A DNA stretch of 64,000 bases from Octopus bimaculoides (lineage: Eukaryota), in contig NC_068987.1 in the NCBI RefSeq assembly GCF_001194135.2, positions 3,819,993 through 3,883,992 on the forward strand, in the 5' to 3' direction. The position numbers were made by a program, and so were the translations under genes. Shown piece by piece: positions 14,150 through 25,416 of this stretch (the stretch's first letter is position 1; every line of letters starts with the position of its first letter). The notes under the pieces are model-generated. The model was not told the origin of the DNA, did not search any database, and saw only the letters and a program-made list of their open reading frames with translations.

Positions 14150-14420
14150 CGATCAGAAGCAACCATCATGATAATTTAAGGATGGAGCTTGACCGGTCTA
14201 CTAGCTCGGCTTGAAGAACCGTCTTGTGATTCTTTCTTGCGCCATTCTAATCAAATGCCCATAGTACTGGATCTGTGAGCTCGAAGTATCAGCTCGATCT
14301 GGAAAGACCTCTGATCTACGAGATACGCATCCTGTCGATCCAGAGATCCTTCGGTGGATCCCCATTTCCACCACTTCTATTCGCGATCGTACTTTATCTG
14401 TCGTTACCCAACATAACGCT
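14150..14420 (-). mobile_element. RTE-clade LINE RT C-terminal fragment
   Basis: Degenerate RIEVVEMGIHRRISG and QYYGHLIRMAQERITRR motifs. Confidence 0.55.
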
Positions 14421-15121
14421 TGAATAAAAAGCTTGTTTCAAGGAGAGGTTTATATTCTGACCTAATACGTTACGGCTCTCAATTCCCCTTCGGGGATTAA
14501 TTACCTATTAATGTCTAGCGCTAACAATAAAAGCTTATGTCATTCACTAATGAAATAACTATTTATCTTTATTAAAAAATATATAGATATTAGAAATACG
14601 TGTTCTAGGTGTGTTTAGTATGGTTCGCTACCTTCTACGAAAAGCAATAAAATAAAGGTTTATGAAACTACTACAAAACCCAGTTTTGAATGAGAAACAA
14701 TGTACACAGCCGGTGGCAAATTGTCGAACGAAAATCGTAGTAAATGCTGCAAGAATTTATCGTTTCAAGCACAATAACCCACCATAAAAGAAAATAACAT
14801 ACAGGCATCTCAGCCGTGACAATAAGGTCAACACACTTTAATATAAATAACTATATATAATCAACTCTCTCAATATTTATATNNNNNNNNNNNNNNNNNN
14901 NNNNNNNNNNNNNNNNNNNNNNNNNNNNNNNNNNNNNNNNNNNNNNNNNNNNNNNNNNNNNNNNNNNNNNNNNNNNNNNNNNNNNNNNNNNNNNNNNNNN
15001 NNNNNNNNNNNNNNNNNNNNNNNNNNNNNNNNNNNNNNNNNNNNNNNNNNNNNNNNNNNNNNNNNNNNNNNNNNNNNNNNNNNNNNNNNNNNNNNNNNNN
15101 NNNNNNNNNNNNNNNNNNNNN

Positions 15122-15173
<52 letters not shown>

Positions 15174-15270
15174 TGTGTAAGTCATCAAAGGCTCCATAAT
15201 TTAGGAAAAAATGCATTCGTATATCAGTCAATAGAGTAGGTATATTATCCGAAGTGTGCAGTATTATATA

Positions 15271-15377
15271 TCCATTACGGTCGATCATACCAGTCGGTTT
15301 CGCGCTAGGAATTCAACGGATTGTTAGGTAACAATCCGATTATATAACTCTACGCTCATCAGAAGTAGCCAATATGG
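15271..15377 (-). ncRNA. Type I hammerhead ribozyme candidate (left arm of palindrome)
   Basis: CUGAUGA at 15362-15356. Stem II GCG-UAG/CUA-G-CGC encloses a perfect 10-bp hairpin CGGAUUGUUA-cc-UAACAAUCCG. GAAA at 15301-15298, stem III ACC(GACU)GGU, GUA at 15290-15288. Proximal stem I is degenerate. Confidence 0.6.
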
Positions 15378-15433
15378 AATGAAATATGGGCTATATTTCT
15401 TTCCATATCGGCTATCTCTGGCTATATTTCATT

Positions 15434-15539
15434 CCATATCGGCTACCTCTGATGAGCGTAGGGTTACATAATCGGATTATTACCTAACACTCTGTTAAAT
15501 CTCTAGCACGAAACCGATTGGTAACGTCGGCCATAATGG
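15434..15539 (+). ncRNA. Type I hammerhead ribozyme candidate (right arm of palindrome)
   Basis: CUGAUGA at 15449-15455. Stem II G-c-G-UAG/CUA-g-C-a-C has one mismatch and an extended insert. GAAA at 15510-15513, stem III ACC(GAUU)GGU, GUA cleavage triplet ending at 15523. Stem I ccau-auc-ggcu-accu / acgu-c-ggcc-aua-augg. Confidence 0.65.
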
Positions 15540-15589
15540 ATATATAATACTGTACATTTAAGCATTTACTGTACATTTAAGAATTTACT

Positions 15590-16210
15590 AACAAAAGATA
15601 GTGTTCCAGTTATTATTGGTATGAATATGAATTAATAGTCTGGATATAGAAGCTGGAGGTTTCGGAGCCGTTGTCCATAGATATCCTCTTTTTCTTTGAT
15701 TTTCAAAGCGATATTGATATCTGCAGGTCAACTAACCTCTATATCGGTACATACCTTTGCCCCTCTGTCCCAATCGACAATATCCGGCCTGTTATGTTTA
15801 CATTTGACTGAGATTTTGATGGGAATATTCCACCAGTGTTCCTTGAGTTGGTGTTTATGAATATATTCCATAACAGAGGGGTTTTCTAAGTTTATTTCAG
15901 GACAGTCTTTCTTGCAGATGCCATTGTAAATTGTTTTAGCAACAACATCGTGCCACTTAGGGAGGTAGTACCGTGACGACATTTTAGGACAGCTGCTAAT
16001 CACATGCGTGATGCCTTCCACAGAAACATGATATAACCTACACATGTGGTTGCACCTTGGGATTACAAGAGCGTCGCTGTCTCTCTTGTTCACCAGGTAC
16101 TTTGTAGCAATCTTCTGTTCCTGGATTGCAAACGCATAGCCTTCAAAGTGGGGTGTAGTGGTCTTATGTCCAAAGAGGCTGCGCTTCGTGTCAATTCTAC
16201 TGTCTTCTTC
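15590..16210 (-). mobile_element. Non-LTR retrotransposon fragment with CCHC-type knuckle and restriction-like endonuclease (R4/Dong/NeSL-like), degenerate
   Basis: HFEGYAFAIQEQKIATKYL...CRLYHVSVEGITHVISSCPKMS..Y...HDVVAK...HNRPDIVDWD...IEVS*PADINI..KIKEKEDIYG...RNLQLLYPDY*FIFIPII. In-frame stops are present. Confidence 0.8.
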
Positions 16211-17452
16211 ATGTATGTATGCATGCATGTATGTATGTGTGTGTATGTATGTATGTATGTGTGTGTGTGTGTGTGTGTGTGTGATCCCGATAATTACGCT
16301 ATTTTGCGCAATTCTTTCACGTGTGAAATGTGACTGGGGACGAAGAAATAAACGTAAGAGTTGTCGTATACATTTGCTAATTCTGTATATTAACATAGCA
16401 TTACGCGGCTGTGTGAGAACAGAAGATACAATGAAAACGACGAAAAAAACTGTGTTTGCTAACACAAAAACTAAAATGAATCTTTATTTACTAAAGAAAT
16501 AATATCCTTGTTCGGGTTACCGCAATTGGGTGTGGCATACAAATTTTTACCGCAACAAGAAACAAAACAAAAACAAAAGACGTTACTATTATCACGTCTA
16601 AAGTTACATATGTTCAGTTAACAATAAAAGATTAAGATTTTCGTAAATATCTCTCATTCATTCGCTATAATAAAAATACTCTTTTATTTATTGTTGACAT
16701 AAATTCAAGGCCCAGCTGCTTTGCAAATAGTCTTCAATCGGATACAGATACTTACAAGAAATAAGAATGGATGATGTATTTCAGAAGGTGAAAAACAAAT
16801 CAAATTAGATACGTCGATGTAATGGGTTCGATATCTTACTGAATTTTGATTTTGCTCCAATCGGGGGTTGAAAGATTTTTTTTTTTTCTTTTTGTTGTTG
16901 ATAAAGTAAGTACAGATAATTAATATACAAATTAAGATCCTGAAATTCTTTNNNNNNNNNNNNNNNNNNNNNNNNNNNNNNNNNNNNNNNNNNNNNNNNN
17001 NNNNNNNNNNNNNNNNNNNNNNNNNNNNNNNNNNNNNNNNNNNNNNNNNNNNNNNNNNNNNNNNNNNNNNNNNNNNNNNNNNNNNNNNNNNNNNNNNNNN
17101 NNNNNNNNNNNNNNNNNNNNNNNNNNNNNNNNNNNNNNNNNNNNNNNNNNNNNNNNNNNNNNNNNNNNNNNNNNNNNNNNNNNNNNNNNNNNNNNNNNNN
17201 NNNNNNNNNNNNNNNNNNNNNNNNNNNNNNNNNNNNNNNNNNNNNNNNNNNNNNNNNNNNNNNNNNNNNNNNNNNNNNNNNNNNNNNNNNNNNNNNNNNN
17301 NNNNNNNNNNNNNNNNNNNNNNNNNNNNNNNNNNNNNNNNNNNNNNNNNNNNNNNNNNNNNNNNNNNNNNNNNNNNNNNNNNNNNNNNNNNNNNNNNNNN
17401 NNNNNNNNNNNNNNNNNNNNNNNNNNNNNNNNNNNNNNNNNNNNNNNNNNNN

Positions 17453-17485
<33 letters not shown>

Positions 17486-18089
17486 TAAAAGTCACCTTTT
17501 GTAATATTCAATGTATAACTACAAGTTTAATCAGTCTGCTACAAATGACAAAAATGCTGAGAAGAGTTAAACCATCTGACTTCGAGTGAATGGAGGCGAT
17601 TTTCGTTTCGAAGTAAATGTGGTATTTGCTTGTACATACGTATACATACATACATACATCATATATTATGTAAGCCTGTCGACTTGGCAGGGAGACCAGC
17701 AAACTCAAAGGTACGCCACGGCCCGAGATGTTACGAAATTCTACTGCCATTTAGACTGTCCTTCTACTGCTTATATCATTGCACCGCCCTTTATTTGGGA
17801 CACAGTAAAATCGATTGCATCAATATTCAATAAATTTTATTTTATGGAGCCTCGGGAGGATGAAAAGCTCTTACGGAGATTTGAACACAGAAATATAAAG
17901 CAACACAACTAATTGTCACCGGGTGTTTTATCTGTCGCTCCACCAATTCTACAAGTTCACCAATCATCCACATATCTACCTATCTATCATCATCTTATCG
18001 TATTCAATGGTAAATGTGGTTTCTGTTGTTCTTATTGCTAAAACTGATATCTACAGTTCGTTTTGTTTATTATTTTTTTCCCCCCATAG

Positions 18090-18155
18090 ACGGCGGAAGT
18101 GGAATGGCTGAAATCTCAATTATATAAACTTGACCTTTTGGGGCTCAAAAAGCAG
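18090..18155 (+). other. Candidate coding exon of an unidentified gene (TAEVEWLKSQLYKLDLLGLKKQ)
   Basis: Strong acceptor tttttttccccccatag and donor CAG|gtaagg. 66 nt, open only in phase 0. Confidence 0.5.
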
Positions 18156-20264
18156 GTAAGGCAAGTATAATTTACAATTCTATCATTTTTTTTTTCTACC
18201 GGGAAAATACTCAGCTTAGTGGTTACAGCTTTTGGTTCATGAACATAAAGTTATGAGTTCAAATCCTACACTGGGTGGCCAAGAATTTGAGCTGTGAATA
18301 GCATTATACAAGACTTGTCCATTCTATTATCACTGTTCCCTTCTGTCCTTATAAGCCAGTAGTTCTCAACCGGGATCCATATAAGCTCTTTGAGGGTCCA
18401 CGCAAGCAAAATAGTTAATTGGGGATCCACTGTTATATTTTAAAGGTGAACAATTTTGCTTTAGCCGTGATGTCACGCTACTGGGGTCACTAAGGGTTTA
18501 ATTAGATTCACAGACTATATTTCATCGCGTGGTTTAGTGGTTAGATTATTAGGACTACGATCATAAGGCCGTGAGTTCGATTCCCAGCTACGCATTGTGT
18601 CCTTGAGCAAGACACTTTATTTCACATTGCTCCAATCCACTCTGCTGGCAAAAAAAAATGAGTTGTACCTGTATTTCTAAGGGCCACACTTGACACATCC
18701 TGTGTCATGCTGAATCTCCCTGAAAATTACGTTGAGAGTACGCGTGTCTGTGGAATACTCAGCCACTTGTGCGTTAATTCCACGAGTAGGCCGTTCCGTT
18801 GGTCAAATCAACTGGAACCCTCGGCATTGTAACCAATGGAGTGCCAGTTTACTCACCTTCACACGTCCCTTGTAATTCCATGGTTTTTTTTTTATGCCAA
18901 ACAATTAAATGAAATTCATCTTTCATTAACTCTGTAGTGAAACCTCTCTCTCGGCCATTCAATCATAAATGATAACGAAGCTGCTAACATCTAGCCTTCG
19001 GTTGNNNNNNNNNNNNNNNNNNNNNNNNNNNNNNNNNNNNNNNNNNNNNNNNNNNNNNNNNNNNNNNNNNNNNNNNNNNNNNNNNNNNNNNNNNNNNNNN
19101 NNNNNNNNNNNNNNNNNNNNNNNNNNNNNNNNNNNNNNNNNNNNNNNNNNNNNNNNNNNNNNNNNNNNNNNNNNNNNNNNNNNNNNNNNNNNNNNNNNNN
19201 NNNNNNNNNNNNNNNNNNNNNNNNNNNNNNNNNNNNNNNNNNNNNNNNNNNNNNNNNNNNNNNNNNNNNNNNNNNNNNNNNNNNNNNNNNNNNNNNNNNN
19301 NNNNNNNNNNNNNNNNNNNNNNNNNNNNNNNNNNNNNNNNNNNNNNNNNNNNNNNNNNNNNNNNNNNNNNNNNNNNNNNNNNNNNNNNNNNNNNNNNNNN
19401 NNNNNNNNNNNNNNNNNNNNNNNNNNNNNNNNNNNNNNNNNNNNNNNNNNNNNNNNNNNNNNNNNNNNNNNNNNNNNNNNNNNNNNNNNNNNNNNNNNNN
19501 NNNNNNNNNNNNNNGTCGTCGAGTTTGGTTCGATTTTGATTTCGACTTTGATTTCACTTGCCTCAACAGGTCTTCACAAGAAACAAATAATAAACTAATG
19601 AAAAAAATTGCAGAAGTTTTAGGAAATTTATTAAGTATTGCTTCATGAAAACAACATGATTCAATATAAAAGGGCCTTACTTCTGTCGCACCCTGGGTAA
19701 TGGTTGCACTGTGAAATACGGTGGCCCAACCAGCCATTAATATGTTAGATTTACAGTATTTTCTTTGTTTACAGATTTGACATTTTGTGAAGAATTATTG
19801 GAATGACACTGCAATCAAGAACGAAAAATATGAAGCATCTCTTCAACAGGGAATAAAAGGAAAGAAAAATGACGAGCTGAGATAACTTCCCTGTTCTCAC
19901 AGATTGGTAAAAAGCTCGATGGAAATGGTTTCTTGAAAGATTTAACCATTCAATAGAATGTGGGAGCAAAATGAAGAAGTGATATGTCATGACTTTAAGA
20001 AATGCTGAATATCCAGTGTTTGTGCAATATACCATAAATGATGGCTTTTAAGACACATGTTTTTTTCCATAAAAATGTCTCAGAAATCACCCTCGGGTCC
20101 GATATGCAAAAGTGGGTCTCCCAAAAACTAACTTTGCCCCTGACACTCACTACTATCGACTAATTTTAATCTAGATGGTCCCTTCTCCCAAGTCTGACCC
20201 CATAATAATATTTAATTAAAACTTATTATTGTTATTGTTCCTAATGAATGGGGTGGGGTGGGGG

Positions 20265-20710
20265 TGAGCTGGTAGAATCATTCTCAGCTCACCAAACAAA
20301 ATGCTTAGCGACTTTTCTTATGGTTTTATGTCTTGTGTTTAAATCCTGCCGAGGTAGACTTTGCCTTTCATTCTTTCGGAGCCAATAAGATAGGTATCAG
20401 TTGAGCACTAGGGCTTGATGTAATCAACTGATCTCCCTCCTGCAAAATTCCAGGCCTTGTGCCTATAATAGAAAGGATTATTATTATTATCATTAAGGTG
20501 GTGAGCTAGTAGAATCGTTAGCACGCCAGGGAAACTGCTCGGCAGTATTTCGTCCATCTTTACATTCTGAGTTCAAATTCTGCTGAGGTCGACTTTGCCT
20601 TTCGTCTTTTCAGTATCGATAAACTAAGTACCAGTCGTGTACTGGAGTCGATCTAATCAACTTACTCCTTCCTTGAAATTTCTGGCCTTGTGCCAAAATT
20701 TGAAACCATT
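20265..20710 (+). mobile_element. Two tandem copies of tRNA-derived SINE family 2
   Basis: ggtgagct(g/a)gtagaatc...ctgagttcaaattc.gccgaggtcgactttgcctttc...ataagtaccag...gggtcgat. Other copies at 1-480 (minus, interrupted by the MITE), 8365-8730, 39805-40030 and 41010-41190. Confidence 0.88.
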
Positions 20711-20839
20711 ATTATTATCAACATTACTTGCACAGTAAAAGGAATTCTCATAACAATAGACCAGTGATGTTTGCTCACAACAGCTGACCCCTTTTTTGAT
20801 TGCTGTAATCATGTAGAATATATTTGCTGTCTTCATTTA

Positions 20840-21171
20840 TACATTATTTACATTATTTACATTTGTCCTCATCTTGTTTGTTGTTAACACAACGTTTCGG
20901 CTGATATACCTTTCAGCCTTCATCAGGTGTCTTGAGGAAATTTCGAACCTGGGTTTCTCATTCCTAAGGTATTTTTCAATGTTATTATTATTATTATCAT
21001 TATTATTACTACTATTCAGGTCACTGCTTGGAATTGAACTCGGAATTTGGGGGTTAGTAGCCCACACTCTTAACCACTATGCCATATGCCCAATTACAAA
21101 CAAGATGAGGACAAATATCCGTCAAATGTAAATAATGTACATAATTCCTCATCTCTTAAATATAGAACTGT
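20840..21171 (-). mobile_element. tRNA-headed, hammerhead-containing non-autonomous retroelement with an inverted terminal copy (Penelope-like architecture)
   Basis: On the minus strand: tRNA-like head 21091-21019 (box A TGGCATAGTGG, box B GTTCAATTC), (AAT)n linker, tail with hammerhead core 20931-20886. Inverted copy of the tail end on plus at 21096-21171. Possible degenerate TSD ctgtctt..tttat at 20827-20840 and 21168-21181. Confidence 0.75.
20886..20931 (-). ncRNA. Minimal type I hammerhead ribozyme (Penelope-type, palindromic stem III)
   Basis: GACAC-CUGAUGA-A-GGCUGA(aaggUaUa)UCAGCC-GAAA-CGUU|GUGUU. Stem I GACAC/GUGUU, 6-bp stem II, intact core with one extra A after A9, and GAAACGUU palindromic helix III. 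Predicted cleavage between 20891 and 20890. Confidence 0.8.
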
Positions 21172-21915
21172 CTTGCTTTATGTTTAGTTCTTCTAACTTT
21201 TTGGATAAAGTAACAAGTTTCTGCTTTGGTTAACAGACTTTGAAATGCTTACTTTAAATATTACATCTTTTAGTGTAGTAAAAGCCATTTTTCCTGAATA
21301 AGGGCTGCTGAAATTTGGGTGTATTTCATATGCTCAAGTGTCTTTTTATGCCATCAAATACGGTAAATTTGAAAAGCTAAGATAAAAATGATGGTTGTGG
21401 TATATTTTTATTTTTACTCAAATTAAATTAAATGTGTATTTTCTGAATCTTTCCGGCTGCTGGACAGTCTAAGAAGACATTTTATTTCAATGAACGTTAA
21501 AAGGGACTAAAGAGAATAAAAACATTTAAAAATAATTTAACTATTTAAATACAAATCTATTCGTTATCTAAACTTATTACTTCATTTTCAATGAGTTATT
21601 GTTTGACCTGAAGATCAACTGTTATATTTTACAATAAAAATGTTTCATTATATTCACACGTAACTTCTTAATACCAGCTGCATTCATTTTCATTTCTTTA
21701 TGCACTATTAATGCTTCTTTTTTTTTTTTGTTGTAAGCTGTAGTTATTTTGTATTGTAGAAATTGTTTTCTTTTTGTCCTTATTTATAATGGTATATATA
21801 TATAAATTAGGCAGAAAATGGAGAAAAGTTTGATCAACAAACAAATTGACTAACATCAGTTATTTTTTTTTTTTAATACAAGACTTTAACATTGCTAACA
21901 GCCATTTCTGCTACC

Positions 21916-21946
<31 letters not shown>

Positions 21947-23004
21947 CAATTCAAAAAAGGATAAAACTCTTTTACAAGAATTTTATCAAGAAGCCAGTGT
22001 GTAAAAGAATTCATAAGAGAAATTTTTATTCCCAAGAATATAATTATACGTTTATATTTATATAAAGGGCATTATTACAGAAAAAATAAAACAACCCGGA
22101 AGTATTTCCCGCTTCTTTGATGAAGATATATACAGATAAACTTCATTCCCTTTACTCTNNNNNNNNNNNNNNNNNNNNNNNNNNNNNNNNNNNNNNNNNN
22201 NNNNNNNNNNNNNNNNNNNNNNNNNNNNNNNNNNNNNNNNNNNNNNNNNNNNNNNNNNNNNNNNNNNNNNNNNNNNNNNNNNNNNNNNNNNNNNNNNNNN
22301 NNNNNNNNNNNNNNNNNNNNNNNNNNNNNNNNNNNNNNNNNNNNNNNNNNNNNNNNNNNNNNNNNNNNNNNNNNNNNNNNNNNNNNNNNNNNNNNNNNNN
22401 NNNNNNNNNNNNNNNNNNNNNNNNNNNNNNNNNNNNNNNNNNNNNNNNNNNNNNNNNNNNNNNNNNNNNNNNNNNNNNNNNNNNNNNNNNNNNNNNNNNN
22501 NNNNNNNNNNNNNNNNNNNNNNNNNNNNNNNNNNNNNNNNNNNNNNNNNNNNNNNNNNNNNNNNNNNNNNNNNNNNNNNNNNNNNNNNNNNNNNNNNNNN
22601 NNNNNNNNNNNNNNNNNNNNNNNNNNNNNNNNNNNNNNNNNNNNNNNNNNNNNNNNNNNNNNNNNNNNNNNNNNNNNNNNNNNNNNNNNNNNNNNNNNNN
22701 NNNNNNNNNNNNNNNNNNNNNNNNNNNNNNNNNNNNNNNNNNNNNNNNNNNNNNNNNNNNNNACACAATGATTCCATTATTATTATTATTATCATAAAAA
22801 CAACAAATTTCTTATTAAAATTTTATTAATAAAAAAAGACTATTCTGTCAAAAAGAGGAAACAAGAAATTCTGTTTTTTTAAATAAGTAAAAACTAAATT
22901 TGAGGTAAAAATTGAAAATATGAGAGTATTTTTCTAAAACAAAAAAAAAAAAAAATGAAAGAATTTTTTTTTTCTCTCTTTTTGGGAAATCCAAAAGCAT
23001 GGCC

Positions 23005-23178
23005 CTATTTCTTCCAGGTGTACTTTTTCTTAGCAGCAGCGAAAAGGTCTTGAAGTGGCTGTTTAGTTTCACTTGGTGTTTCTGGAATCTTGAGAGTTCG
23101 CTTGACTTTGGGAAATTTCAACACAATGTTCTGAAGAAGACCGTAAAGGCTGGAACATGTCCAATACCAACACATACA
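23005..23178 (-). CDS. COX18: COX18 terminal coding exon
   Basis: Acceptor tttttag. CMCWYWTCSSLYGLLQNIVLKFPKVKRTLKIPETPSETKQPLQDLFAAAKKKYTWKK* (human: LYWLCSSFVGLSQNLLLRSP..R..RIP.T.SDS.TPY.D). Candidate AATAAA on the minus strand at 22822-22827. Confidence 0.93.
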   Translation of the reverse strand, partial: CMCWYWTCSSLYGLLQNIVLKFPKVKRTLKIPETPSETKQPLQDLFAAAKKKYTWKK

Positions 23179-23989
23179 CTAAAAAGAATGAAAATAAAAA
23201 ATTATTTAATAAAAATTGAAAAAATTCATAACAACATGAATTATAAGACATTTAGGCATTGCCATTTTGGCACCACCAATTTGCCATTGCCTTTTTGGTG
23301 CCGCTGACTTATTTGACACCAGACATTTTAATGTTTCCTCCACTGAGGATGGTGAGCTGACAGAATCATTAGGAGTTTGGCAAAAGAGACTGAGAGAATA
23401 AGTCCTGGGGTCGATTTGCTTGACTAAAGGCAGTGCTCCAGCATGGCCGCAGTCAAATGACTGAAACAAGTGAGACGAAAAAAGAAAGAATAAAAGAATA
23501 CAGTCCTGTTTCTACTTCACAGATTTTCCCCTATCTGGGGGTGGGGTTGGAACGTAACACCTGCGAAAGTCGAGGGATTACTGTATATTATTTATTCATT
23601 ACAAAAATAAAACACAAATCCATGAAAATCAGGCAGAATATGTTTTTGCCAATACTGACAGACTGCTGCAGTAAACTTATGTAAGGGGAGCTAACAATGG
23701 TAATTGTGATATTCTGAGCTGCCCTATGCGTTCGAGTGTACAGGGAGTTATCTCCCTTCGTGGACATCTGAGGTGAGAAATGAATGGTGGCCTCTTGGAA
23801 TGTATAGGGGAGAGAGACTCTGCCGAGAGGTTTTCTATCGTACAGCAAAACTTGGACATTGATACGTGATGTTCATTGTGGTATCCCTTCATCTACAGAT
23901 GATATTACCTGAATAGCAGTCTGGGAGGTCATTATTCTTTGATTGGAATCTGCTCCTACAAGCAAAGAAGACATTCCACTGACAGGAAG

Positions 23990-24420
23990 CATAAAGTCTG
24001 CTCTGCAGTTTATTTTTGTAAGCTAAGATAGGAGGTAATTTTGGTGCCAAAGGCTTGAGATGGAAGGAAGAATAGGTACGTCGGTAGATCATTGATGTTG
24101 ATGGTTAAACACTAGGCGGTCAGTCCAGCAGGAAGTGGGGACTGTAAAGCCATTGAGAGGAAGGCCTCAAAAGGGTGCACGTTCTCTCCTGAGGACCCCT
24201 GGACACCTACTTATCAGACAATCCAGTAGATGGGGCCTCACATCGGTGAAGGAAGAAAGGCTGTGTGCTGCAAAGCCATCAAGAGGAAGGCCACTGAAAC
24301 GGGGCACATTCTCTCCTGATTATCCCTGAAACCTGCTGGCGTCTGGTCTGCAGAGCCCTCAATTGATGTCACTTGCACGAGCCTTTTGCAAGTCTGCAGA
24401 AGGTAACATTGACAAATGAT
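23990..24420 (-). mobile_element. CR1/L2-like RT remnant in COX18 last intron
   Basis: TININDLP motif near 24075-24105. The region is GC-richer than its flanks. Confidence 0.35.
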
Positions 24421-24465
24421 TTATAGAAGGTTAACGAGTGATGATTTGTCAAAAGAAATACTTAC

Positions 24466-24573
24466 ACTTGGGACGGAAGCTCCAATTGGTATCATTACAA
24501 TACTGAGGCACCGAATGAGGTTTGTTATTACTTTTGAAAATTTACTTGTGTTCTTCATTTGTAATGCATACAT
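24466..24573 (-). CDS. COX18: COX18 coding exon D
   Basis: Bounded by ttacag and gtaagt. 108 nt, MYALQMKNTSKFSKVITNLIRCLSIVMIPIGASVPS. Confidence 0.93.
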
Positions 24574-24769
24574 CTGTAACAGAAAATGAGTTTATCACAC
24601 CTAACAGAAGGACAGTATTTTAGGGTATATTTACTCTTATACTGGAGCACCATGTTAATAATACTTCAATCTTTTAGCATTCAGGTCATTTTGTCAAGTG
24701 CTTATTTAACCACAATGTCTTGAATTAATCATGCATCATCTCAGAGCTTTGAGATTTCAATGATATGAT

Positions 24770-24981
<212 letters not shown>

Positions 24982-25135
24982 ATGTATGTATATATATGTA
25001 TATATATAAAAGGCTTCTTTTAGTTTCCACCTACCATATCCACTGACAAGGCTTTGGGTCAGCCCAAGGCTATAGTAGAAGACATTTGCTCAAAGTGCCA
25101 CACTGTGGGACTGAACTTGGAACCATGCTTGCACC

Positions 25136-25174
<39 letters not shown>

Positions 25175-25291
25175 ATATTGGATATGCTTTGTACTTGTTG
25201 AAGTCTTTGAGTTTACAATTCATTAAACTTGTTAATCTCTCTATATGTCGTTAGACAAGATTTCATATTAAAACAAAATTAATAAACTTAC

Positions 25292-25416
25292 TTCAATAAT
25301 GGAAAGGTTAACAAGTCCAAGTGCAATGGGAAGAATCCATGTGCTGTCTGGTAATAGCATGTTGGAGAACCACAGCATGCCTTCAGTCTCCAGCTCAGGA
25401 TGGAAGAGATGGTTCT
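25292..25416 (-). CDS. COX18: COX18 coding exon C
   Basis: Bounded by tttcag and gtaagt. 125 nt, NHLFHPELETEGMLWFSNMLLPDSTWILPIALGLVNLSIIE (human: GGILWFPDLTAPDSTWILPISVGVINLLIVE). Confidence 0.95.

Larger units (their letters stand above)
15252..15560. repeat. ~300-bp imperfect palindrome (arms ~135 bp) with a 31-bp tandem duplication at the centre
   Basis: 15252-15388 is the reverse complement of about 15423-15560. 15390-15420 duplicates 15421-15451. Confidence 0.92.

Noticed and set aside
19775-20040. Additional coding exon or mariner fragment
   Set aside because: All three frames stop soon after the acceptor-like site, and no diagnostic motif is recognisable.
21019-21091. Functional tRNA-Ser(ACT) gene
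   Set aside because: Acceptor and T stems are mismatched, the ACT anticodon is normally absent in eukaryotes, and it is fused to a repeat tail. Treated as a SINE head.
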